From Gammaproteobacteria bacterium (GTDB lineage Bacteria; Pseudomonadota; Gammaproteobacteria; Eutrophobiales; Eutrophobiaceae), in contig CAXMWX010000005.1 in the NCBI GenBank assembly GCA_963422205.2, forward strand, positions 544,001-608,000: DNA of 64,000 nucleotides, given 5' to 3'. Positions 56,451-64,000 of the stretch are shown here, in pieces. The notes below the pieces were generated by a model. That model had not been told where the DNA came from and did not search any database. It was given only the letters and a program-made list of their open reading frames with translations. Position numbers and translations under genes: made by a program. Each line of letters begins with the position of its first letter. Positions within the stretch are counted from its first letter, which is position 1.

Positions 56451-57525
56451 ACGAACACTCTCGGCATTCAGCCTGTCATTTCTCGATATCATGTCCTGCG
56501 GCTTTGGTGCTGCCGTGTTGTTGTTCTTGATCATTAAACACAAAGTCGATACCCCCGAACCCATACCCTTAACCAGCAAAGATCAAACCTCAGAAGTCAT
56601 GCTGCTGGAAGAGGAGATACTGACAGGGAAAAAAAATCTGGCCGCCTTACGCAACACCCTGGAGGCAATAGAAGAGGAGATGATAACAGCACAGGGACGG
56701 GCCAGGCAGGTAAGTTCTGAGATCAGGGAAGTGGCAATGCACACACAGGCCATTGAGCCAGATGCTGTGGCGGCTGAACTTGAGGCATTGAAAACCAGAA
56801 TCAAAAAACTGGAACAACAGAAAAACAGCATCGCAGCAGAGAACAGCAAGACGGGGGAACAGGCATTGAAAATCAGCGGCGAAGGCAATCGCCAATATAT
56901 CACGGGCCTGCGGCTGGATGGCAGACGCTCATTGATCCTGCTGGATATCTCGGCCAGCATGCTGGATCGTACTGTTGTCAACATCCTGCGTTTTCGCAAC
57001 CTGCGTGATGAGCGCAAGCGGCTGGCACACAAATGGCAACAGGCCATTAAGATCGTTGAATGGTTAATGGCCAACCTGCCGGCGGACAGTCAATACCAAC
57101 TCTACCTGTTCAATACCGATACGCTGTCTGCCTTGCCTGACAGCAAAGGTCGCTGGCTTGATGTGGACGATAAAACCACATTGCAAAAAGTCATCGAACG
57201 GCTCAAGCGGCAGGTGCCTGAAAACGGCACCAACCTGGAAAACGCCTTCATCGTGGCACGGCAATTACGTCCGGCGCCCGACAATATTTACCTGATTACT
57301 GACGGCCTGCCAACCCAGGGTTCCAGGACCTATCGTGGTGCAACGATTACGGCTAATCAGCGTCAGAAATTATTTGAAAGAGCGATTCAAAAACTCCCTG
57401 ACAGGTTGCCAATCAATGTCATTCTGACGCCTATGGAAGGCGATCTGCAAGCTGCGTTTGCATTCTGGCAACTGTCCCAGCGCACCAACGGTGCTTTTAT
57501 CAGTCCGCAAGAGGGCTGGCCCTGA
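56437..57525 (+). CDS. ExbD/TolR-like TM segment, coiled coil and vWA domain
   Basis: TM FSLSFLDIMSCGFGAAVLLFLI with an intramembrane Asp, heptad-rich stalk, MIDAS LLDISASM...GTNL...YLITDG. Confidence 0.85.
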   Translation: MSRPKRTLSAFSLSFLDIMSCGFGAAVLLFLIIKHKVDTPEPIPLTSKDQTSEVMLLEEEILTGKKNLAALRNTLEAIEEEMITAQGRARQVSSEIREVAMHTQAIEPDAVAAELEALKTRIKKLEQQKNSIAAENSKTGEQALKISGEGNRQYITGLRLDGRRSLILLDISASMLDRTVVNILRFRNLRDERKRLAHKWQQAIKIVEWLMANLPADSQYQLYLFNTDTLSALPDSKGRWLDVDDKTTLQKVIERLKRQVPENGTNLENAFIVARQLRPAPDNIYLITDGLPTQGSRTYRGATITANQRQKLFERAIQKLPDRLPINVILTPMEGDLQAAFAFWQLSQRTNGAFISPQEGWP

Positions 57526-57534
57526 GGCAAAAAC

Positions 57535-58524
57535 ATGAAGCGAGAAAAACGGACACCAGATGCCTTCAGCATTGCCTTTCTGGATGTCATCACCTGCGGT
57601 TTCGGGGCGATCATCTTGTTGCTGATGATCGCCAAGACCGGTGATACACCGATACTGGAGACAGCGACAGAATCCCTGCAAGGCATAGTGCGTGATCTAC
57701 AGGTACAGCTATTTGAAATCCGTGGCGAAGCCAGGGTATTGAACCGCGACCTGACCGATAAAAAAGAGCAGCTGTCGCAATGGGATGAGCGCATCGCCAA
57801 GCTGCAAGCCGAACTGGCGCTTGCCAAAAAACGCCAGCAGGCCATACGCAATGATTCGACTTTCAATGCCATCATCAAAGGCGAGTATCAAACCGCACTG
57901 CAAAAACTCACCGCCGAAATGAAACGCCTGCTTGCACAGCAACAAACCGCACAGAACGATCTGGTGGCGGGGATCTCGGCGGATACCGAGTACCTGATCT
58001 TCATCATTGACACCTCCGGCAGCATGGTGAATAACCACTGGAACAGGATGATAACGGAAATGATCAACACGCTGGATGCCTATCCGAGACTAAAAGGCAT
58101 ACAGATCATGAGCGATATGGGCGAGTATCTGTTTTCCCAGTTTCGCGGCCGATGGATTCCCGATACCAGGGGCCGGCGCCGGGCGATTATCAGCACCCTC
58201 AGAGGCTGGCGCACATTCAGCAACAGCAATCCGGCGGAGGGTATCACCGCCGCCATACGCACATTTTATGATGACGGTAAAAAGATCAGCATCTATGTCT
58301 ATGGCGATGAATTTCCCGGCCGATCGTTTGCGGAAGTGCTGGCGATTGTTGACCGGATAAACCCGAAGGACAGAGATGGCAATACCAAAGTGCAAATACA
58401 TGCTGTAGGCTTTCCGGCAGGTCGGCAACAACATCCGCAATATCAATTTACCAACGAGCGGTTTGCCGGACTCATGCGGGAATTAACCTACAGAAATGGT
58501 GGCACCTTCGTGGGATTAAACTAA
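57535..58524 (+). CDS. ExbD/TolR-like TM segment, coiled coil and vWA domain (second paralog)
   Basis: TM FSIAFLDVITCGFGAIILLLMI, coiled coil, MIDAS FIIDTSGSM...YVYGDEF, IHAVGFP, NGGTFVGL. Confidence 0.85.
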   Translation: MKREKRTPDAFSIAFLDVITCGFGAIILLLMIAKTGDTPILETATESLQGIVRDLQVQLFEIRGEARVLNRDLTDKKEQLSQWDERIAKLQAELALAKKRQQAIRNDSTFNAIIKGEYQTALQKLTAEMKRLLAQQQTAQNDLVAGISADTEYLIFIIDTSGSMVNNHWNRMITEMINTLDAYPRLKGIQIMSDMGEYLFSQFRGRWIPDTRGRRRAIISTLRGWRTFSNSNPAEGITAAIRTFYDDGKKISIYVYGDEFPGRSFAEVLAIVDRINPKDRDGNTKVQIHAVGFPAGRQQHPQYQFTNERFAGLMRELTYRNGGTFVGLN

Positions 58525-58587
58525 AATGACAGGTACTCTGAAATCATTCGCTTATAAGCGGGTATAACAAAAACAGGAAAACAACGC

Positions 58588-59193
58588 ATGCGAACAGTGC
58601 AGATACTCCCATACTTGCTGCTAACGATGACCCTGCTGGCCTGTAGTCAGTCGGTCACCATGAAGGTAGCCCCCGATATTCCCGCACCACGGGTGGAACA
58701 ACTGCCGCTGACAATGGGGATTTACTACGATGACACATTCCGTCATTATGCCTACAAAGAAGATTCGGCAGAACGGCCTGACTGGACAATTAACAGCGGT
58801 GAATCGCAAGTCCTGTTATTTGAGCAGATTTTCTCATCCATGTTTGCCCGGACTGAACAGGTCGCCGGCCATGCCGCTAACAGCGGCGTGGATGGTATTC
58901 TTTATCCTGAAGTTATCGAGATGCAATTCGCCCTGCCTGCCGAGACAAAGACGGATTTTTATGAATACTGGGTTAAGTACAAAATTGCATTATACGATAA
59001 CCAGGGTAACTTCGTTGCCGACTGGCCGGTTACCGGTTATGGTAAATCCTCTACTGAATTTCTCAAGAGTCGCGACAAGGGGCTTAACGCAGCGATTAAC
59101 CAGGCATTGCGCGATGTCGGCGCCAAACTGGCGATCGACTTTACCAGGGTAAGCGGTGTGGCCAAATGGCTGGCGGACAGACAGGCCAACTGA
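58588..59193 (+). CDS. Hypothetical lipoprotein
   Basis: Lipobox LLAC, alpha/beta pattern, SD AGGA. Confidence 0.8.
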   Translation: MRTVQILPYLLLTMTLLACSQSVTMKVAPDIPAPRVEQLPLTMGIYYDDTFRHYAYKEDSAERPDWTINSGESQVLLFEQIFSSMFARTEQVAGHAANSGVDGILYPEVIEMQFALPAETKTDFYEYWVKYKIALYDNQGNFVADWPVTGYGKSSTEFLKSRDKGLNAAINQALRDVGAKLAIDFTRVSGVAKWLADRQAN

Positions 59194-59207
59194 GTGACGG
59201 AGATGCC

Positions 59208-59873
59208 ATGCAAATCATACGGTATAGCAAGCTGTTCAGCCTTATCATCGTATTAACGGCCTGCAAAAGCACAACGGTGATCGATCAGCACCGGGAATTG
59301 GTCAACACGAGTCTGCGTGCTGGTGAATCCGTTGTCGTACTGGGGCGGCGGCATAGCATCCGCCATGAGACAGAGGCAAAATTCATCAACTGCATCGGCC
59401 AGAGTCTCGGCCAGGGCGAAAACCGGATTCGAGTCATTCCAGAGAAGACCTTCATCGATACCATGTATCCGCATTTTGAAACCAGCACCGCCCCTGTTGA
59501 TGTAAAAAACCTGAAAAAACTTATGCAGAATCCGGCGCTCGCCAGCAAGTTTGATGAGTTTAATATTCGCTACTTCATCTGGATCGACGGCTCAACGGAA
59601 ACAACAGATAAATCCGGCTCAATGTCCTGTGCAGTCGGCCCGGGTGGCGGTGGCTGTTTCGGCTTCACCTACTGGAGCGATGAGGCCAACTATGAAGCCA
59701 GCATCTGGGATTTCAAGGGCTTAGCTATCAGCGGAAAAATCAATGCAGAAAGCAAAGGCACGTCTTTCATGCCCGCCGTGATCATACCGATACCGCTGCT
59801 GGCACAGGTACAAAGCAGCACCTGTAAATCCTTGTCCCGGCAGATCAAGGCTTTCATTGCCGAACAAAGTTAA
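59208..59873 (+). CDS. Hypothetical lipoprotein
   Basis: Lipobox LTAC, SCAVGPGGGGCFG loop, hydrophobic PAVIIPIPLL segment. Last gene before a convergent gene. Confidence 0.8.
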   Translation: MQIIRYSKLFSLIIVLTACKSTTVIDQHRELVNTSLRAGESVVVLGRRHSIRHETEAKFINCIGQSLGQGENRIRVIPEKTFIDTMYPHFETSTAPVDVKNLKKLMQNPALASKFDEFNIRYFIWIDGSTETTDKSGSMSCAVGPGGGGCFGFTYWSDEANYEASIWDFKGLAISGKINAESKGTSFMPAVIIPIPLLAQVQSSTCKSLSRQIKAFIAEQS

Positions 59874-61012
59874 TCCGCTAATCGCAGTAGCTGCCGATGC
59901 TTATTCAGCCCGGCAAAGAGCTGCTCAATATCATCCTCGTTATTATAAAAGTGTGGCGAGATGCGGAGCTTGTTATCACGACAGGAAGTGATCACGCCTT
60001 CCCGACACAGTGAGGAGACCAACGGATACATATCCGAGGTTTGTAATGTCACCATCGCCCCATGACCAGCCCGTTGCTCCGGCATCCCTAAACAATACCC
60101 CTGCTCCAGCGCACGCCGCTTAATCAATCCTGTTAAATCAGTGATAGCCTGTTCAATCACATCCAGACCCACCGCATTCACCAGCCTAAGGCCCGCAATA
60201 ACCGCATACAGATTAGGCACATTCGGTGTGCCGGACTCCAGCTTGCGGGCATTATCCGCCGGCTTATTGTGATCGCCATCCATCGCATTGATATCAGCCT
60301 GTGCGAACCAGCCACTGCTGGTGGGCGTGAAGCGATCCAGATGTTTCTTTTTGCTGAATAAAAACCCCGCACCGGCTGAGGCCAATAAATACTTCAACAT
60401 GCCCCCGGCGGCAAAATCCACATCCAGCGCCGCAAGGTTCAGGCGCATCGTACCCACAGATTGATAACAGTCCAGAAAGACCAGCGCGCCCTGCTGCCTG
60501 GCATGAGCAATGATCGGTTGCAGATCAAGCCTGGCACCGTTGCGGTAGCAGACATGCGGTAATGAGGCGATCAGCGTGGACTCATCAATACAGCGGATGA
60601 AGTTCTCCAGCGGAATCGTCTTACCATCGCTGGCAGCAGCAACCTGTACGCACTCAGCACCACGTCTCTCCTGTGCACGCCAGATCTGCGCTGTCGTGGG
60701 AAAATCAAAATCGGTCAATACCACCTGATTACGCTTGCCGCTGAAATCCAGGTTAGCCGCCAGGCTGTTCAGCCCGTCACTCAAGCTGGAGGTCACGGTA
60801 AGCTCATCTGCGTTTACCGAAAAAAAATCCGCCAGCATGGTACGCACCATCTCCAGTTGGCTCACCCAAAACTCCCAATGTGCACCATAGGCATCCCGAT
60901 CAGCCAGGTAGTGCAGGTAGGCTTCCCTGACATCCACAGACAGCGCACCATAAGAGCAGCTATTGATATACGCTCGCTGCCTGAAGATGGGGAAGCGTTC
61001 ACGCAATGGCAT
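59870..61012 (-). CDS. Class V PLP-dependent enzyme (kynureninase/cysteine desulfurase-like)
   Basis: RERFPI....YINSCSYG, FLDCYQSVG, DFAAGGMLKYLL...GAGFL, GWF, LESGTP, LRISPHFYN. Start at MPLRERF. Confidence 0.88.
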   Translation of the reverse strand: MPLRERFPIFRQRAYINSCSYGALSVDVREAYLHYLADRDAYGAHWEFWVSQLEMVRTMLADFFSVNADELTVTSSLSDGLNSLAANLDFSGKRNQVVLTDFDFPTTAQIWRAQERRGAECVQVAAASDGKTIPLENFIRCIDESTLIASLPHVCYRNGARLDLQPIIAHARQQGALVFLDCYQSVGTMRLNLAALDVDFAAGGMLKYLLASAGAGFLFSKKKHLDRFTPTSSGWFAQADINAMDGDHNKPADNARKLESGTPNVPNLYAVIAGLRLVNAVGLDVIEQAITDLTGLIKRRALEQGYCLGMPEQRAGHGAMVTLQTSDMYPLVSSLCREGVITSCRDNKLRISPHFYNNEDDIEQLFAGLNKHRQLLRLAD

Positions 61013-61020
61013 GGATACGC

Positions 61021-62085
61021 CTAGTAATTGACCTTGGGGCTGCCTGCAGGATAGAAAACACCCATCAGACGCATACCCTCGGCACTCGTGCATTCCAGGG
61101 CATGATCCTGTTTGGCCGGCAGGAAAATAATATCGCCCGGCCCGACTGCTGCCTTGACTGTATCCGTCCACATCATGCCTGAACCTGAGAGGATATAAAT
61201 CACCTCTTCATAGAGATGGCGGTGATACGCTGCCTTGGATTGCGGGATCTCGCCAATAAATTGTGTCACCTGCTCACAGCCAAGCTGCTGATTGATCAGC
61301 TCCTGTAGAAAACGATCTGCCATCGTCTCACGCTTGTCTTCCGCATAGGTTCTTGTGCGCTCCGGCTGACTGATATCAAAATCAGTCGGCATGCTATCAG
61401 GCAGTATCAACTGAGCATCACCCGGGCAGACGGTGATCAGCGCATCAATCAACTCTCCACTTTCATTACCTAGAGAGAACACTTCTCCAGAGCGAATATA
61501 GGCACCAGTTTCCAACGGCATGGCAAAGGCTTTGCCCGAGATAATAATACTGCCAGAACCCTGGGAAAAAAACACCACTACCTCTGCACCTGGAAAGGTC
61601 ATAAGCGGTGAGGTGCCTTGTTCAACAAGCACGGTGTATTGCGCCAGATGTTTAGCCCCGGTTGCAGCGGATATGATGGGTGCTATCCGCAGATTGCCAT
61701 AGCGTTGCAGGGCAGCCGGATTACGCCGCAATACATAACAACCATTATCAAGCCGGGCTTGTTGTGAAACATTATCAATAAACGTACCGTAACCCGTCTC
61801 TGTAACATCAACATGGTCATCCGGCTCTGCTTCTGCATATTTATCGAGCAGGTTATTATGCGAACCATCGCAAAAAGGCGGGGATCTGGTATGTTTGCAG
61901 GCGCAAAAAATCCGTTCTTCATCTTGCTCGGGGACATAGCGTAAAGGTTTAAATTCTGTCCCCTCATGTGCACCATCACAAAACGGTTGCTTACTACTGC
62001 GTCCACAACGACACCAGGTATAAGGCCTGCCCGTCTTAAGCTGCACAAAGTAAGGTTTTAATCTGGCGATTACCGGCTCAGTCAT
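61021..62085 (-). CDS. Tandem CDGSH [2Fe-2S] domains fused to a bicupin
   Basis: WCRCGRSSKQPFCDGAH and FCACKHTRSPPFCDGSH. C-terminal cupin HRHLYEE..YILSGSG...GDIIFLP....H. The middle cupin lacks metal His residues. Confidence 0.88.
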   Translation of the reverse strand: MTEPVIARLKPYFVQLKTGRPYTWCRCGRSSKQPFCDGAHEGTEFKPLRYVPEQDEERIFCACKHTRSPPFCDGSHNNLLDKYAEAEPDDHVDVTETGYGTFIDNVSQQARLDNGCYVLRRNPAALQRYGNLRIAPIISAATGAKHLAQYTVLVEQGTSPLMTFPGAEVVVFFSQGSGSIIISGKAFAMPLETGAYIRSGEVFSLGNESGELIDALITVCPGDAQLILPDSMPTDFDISQPERTRTYAEDKRETMADRFLQELINQQLGCEQVTQFIGEIPQSKAAYHRHLYEEVIYILSGSGMMWTDTVKAAVGPGDIIFLPAKQDHALECTSAEGMRLMGVFYPAGSPKVNY

Positions 62086-62417
62086 TTGTCATTGTCTTGC
62101 TGTATCAAAAGATCATTATAAAAATAATTGCTGTAATTGAAACCCTGCCCCTAGCCTTAAAAGACTAAACAACAAGCACAAGATAAAAACAGCCGATTAA
62201 GCCAGGGGAAATTTCGCTGATGTTGTGCTCCCGTTCCTTCATATACGGATCTTGCCACCCAGCTGGAAAGAGATATGTCATACAGCAACACCTATTTCAG
62301 CACACCAATAAACTTTGACAATACATGTTTTCCATACCGATGTTGAGACCGGCCTTCCTCTGACAGAAATACAGACAAAACATGTAAGCTGCTGCTGGCT
62401 GTATAAAAAAGCAGCGG

Positions 62418-63728
62418 TTAGCTACCAGCAAGGGATTCGTACAAAGTTCCACTCAGGGTAATGAATAAAATCATTGGAGCAAACCATTTAATCCAAAAAA
62501 AGTAGGCACGAGCTAACCGTGGATAACCATTGCCAAAAACCTGTTTAATCGTATTCGCTCTGCCTATGCCCCAAGCCAGAGCCAGCAAGGCAAGGCAACC
62601 TCCTATCAGCATGGCAGCCGAGCCAAAGAGCATGTCGGCTGAAGCGATTAGCTGGGGGTAGAAAGTAAAGGGTAATAATAATAGGGCCTGAACGGTAACC
62701 AAACCAATGAGTAACTGGCGTTTGTTAATGTGTAGTCGCTCTACATCACCAAGCAAGCCACCGACTAGGGCTTCAAGCAGGGCGACATAGGACAACAGGG
62801 CCACCAAGAACAAAGAGCCTAACATCAGGCTACCAAAAAGACGACCGCCTGGAAGCGTGCTAAAAAGATCAGGCAAGGTTTCAAACAATAAGGTCGGGCC
62901 CGAAGTCAACTCCACCCCGAATACCAGTAAGGCCGGAATAAGATACAGCGAGGCTAATAATGCTGCGCCGGTATCACCAAGGCAGGTCATGAGTCCCAGC
63001 CGGGGCAGTTTGATCTCATCTTTTAAATAACTGCCATAGATCAGTGTCAATGTGGCTCCCAGACCGATGGAGAAATACGCCTGACCCATGGCGGCAAAGA
63101 CTTCAGTAAACCCTATCTTGCTGAAGTCTACTTGTAGAAACATGGATAAATGTGTAACCGCACCCGGCAAGGTCAACACTTTGCACACCAAATAAAAACT
63201 GCTCAAAAAAAAGAACGGGACGAATAGCTTGCTAACAAGCTCAATACCGCTTTTAACTCCTCGATGTATGATAAAAGCGGCAATAAACAGGATAAATAGC
63301 GCCAGAGATAATTGCAGGAAAGGATTATGTAGGCCTGACTGAAAAATACGCGTTGTCTGCTGGCCAAAACCATGCACTGTTGCAAAATAGGTGCTATAAA
63401 AAACATGGCCGATGACCACAAGATAATAGCCACCAGCAATAGTGAGACAGCACAGCAAAGCATAGCCAACCAGACGTCCGTACAGCAACCCAAAGGTGGC
63501 AGTAAATGCCCCAATGGTTCCCTGACGAGTGTGTCTGGCCAAGGCCCATTCCGACATCAGGGCCGGCAAGGTTAGCAAAACGATAAAAAGAATAAATACC
63601 ACGAGAAAGGCGCTGCCGCCGTAACTGCCCATCATGTAAGGAAAACGCCAGACATTGCCAATACCGATAGCAAGACCGGCAGTGACCATCAGGGAGCTGA
63701 AAAAAGAACTAAAACGCAGCGCCGGCAA
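62418..63728 (-). CDS. Sodium-dependent transporter, NSS/SNF family
   Basis: AG.AIGIGNVWRFPY..G.YGG.AF, GIE..SK, AMGQAYFSIGLG, YGSY, GP.LLF.TLP. Confidence 0.93.
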   Translation of the reverse strand: MPALRFSSFFSSLMVTAGLAIGIGNVWRFPYMMGSYGGSAFLVVFILFIVLLTLPALMSEWALARHTRQGTIGAFTATFGLLYGRLVGYALLCCLTIAGGYYLVVIGHVFYSTYFATVHGFGQQTTRIFQSGLHNPFLQLSLALFILFIAAFIIHRGVKSGIELVSKLFVPFFFLSSFYLVCKVLTLPGAVTHLSMFLQVDFSKIGFTEVFAAMGQAYFSIGLGATLTLIYGSYLKDEIKLPRLGLMTCLGDTGAALLASLYLIPALLVFGVELTSGPTLLFETLPDLFSTLPGGRLFGSLMLGSLFLVALLSYVALLEALVGGLLGDVERLHINKRQLLIGLVTVQALLLLPFTFYPQLIASADMLFGSAAMLIGGCLALLALAWGIGRANTIKQVFGNGYPRLARAYFFWIKWFAPMILFITLSGTLYESLAGS

Positions 63729-63752
63729 ATTACCATTCCTTTATGATCAAAA

Positions 63753-64000
63753 TTATTTACGACGCAAGGCAGTGATTTCAATTTCGATCAAGGCACCTTC
63801 TGCCGCCAATTGCGTGACTACTGTCGTATTTGCTGGCCTGACATCACCCAGGTACTGATGTAATTTATTCGGCATGGCTGCAATATATTTCGTATCAACG
63901 ATGAAGCAGCGTACCCGAACGATATCTTCAAGCCTGGCATTGACCCGGTTTAGCGTGTCGCCAATATTGATAAAAATCTGGTCCATTTGCTGATCAAAAC
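63753..64000 (-). CDS. RidA/YjgF family protein, 5'-truncated by the window edge
   Basis: Q..Q.F.NI...L......LEDIV.V, VRPANT.V...L.....LIEIE.TA. Frame open to the window end. Confidence 0.88.
   Translation of the reverse strand, partial: FDQQMDQIFINIGDTLNRVNARLEDIVRVRCFIVDTKYIAAMPNKLHQYLGDVRPANTTVVTQLAAEGALIEIEITALRRK

Noticed and set aside
54311-58524. Canonical tonB-exbBD, tol-pal or flagellar motAB operon
   Set aside because: The partners have coiled-coil and vWA domains instead of ExbD/TolR/OmpA-like domains, and there are no tolA/tolB/pal or flagellar genes.
62086-62417. Small ORFs or a gene remnant in the gap between the NSS and CDGSH-cupin genes
   Set aside because: Only short frames without recognisable motifs or a clear SD. 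A blastx search would be needed.
1-64000. CRISPR arrays, tRNA/rRNA genes, transposases, integrases, prophage genes
   Set aside because: I saw no regularly spaced repeats or recognisable RNA-gene signatures, and no ORF in the track has mobile-element motifs. Small ncRNAs could be missed by eye.

Overview
A gene-dense bacterial chromosomal window of moderately high GC, most consistent with a heterotrophic Proteobacterium (probably Gammaproteobacteria; an inference from protein style only). All product calls come from motif recognition by eye, not database searches. From left to right: a partial glutamine-synthetase-like gene, etfBA, two DMT transporters, an RND pump, a ferredoxin reductase and ferredoxin without an oxygenase, bioA, a NodIJ-like ABC-2 exporter, pcaF, a deletion scar between two gene tails, a Tat-exported spermidine-dehydrogenase-like flavoprotein, an orphan DNA methyltransferase, yghU and eda. 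Next is a ~16 kb purine/nucleoside scavenging cluster (guaD, a PRTase, mtnA, an SDR, a signal-peptide-bearing MTA/SAH-type deaminase, a cupin, two DeoD paralogs, a TonB-dependent receptor, PhoD, deoC, adenosine kinase, LOG). It is interrupted by a GT10 fucosyltransferase-like gene carrying a 27-C homopolymer. Then come a TPP-riboswitch thiamine uptake operon, aldR/ald, phaB and a decayed RsrI/EcoRI-like restriction-modification locus. The strongest candidate for an uncharacterised system is an ~11.6 kb, 11-gene same-strand cluster (48.3-59.9 kb), a putative proton-motive-force-driven envelope machine. It encodes one ExbB/TolQ-type subunit, two ExbD-like/vWA fusion proteins, a degenerate Hsp70-fold/FHA-like protein, TPR and PEGA-FGE-fold membrane proteins and four lipoproteins, with a TPR/TonB-C protein nearby. 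The window ends with a CDGSH-bicupin fusion, a class V PLP enzyme, an NSS transporter and a RidA protein. I recognised no rRNA, tRNA, CRISPR array or transposase.
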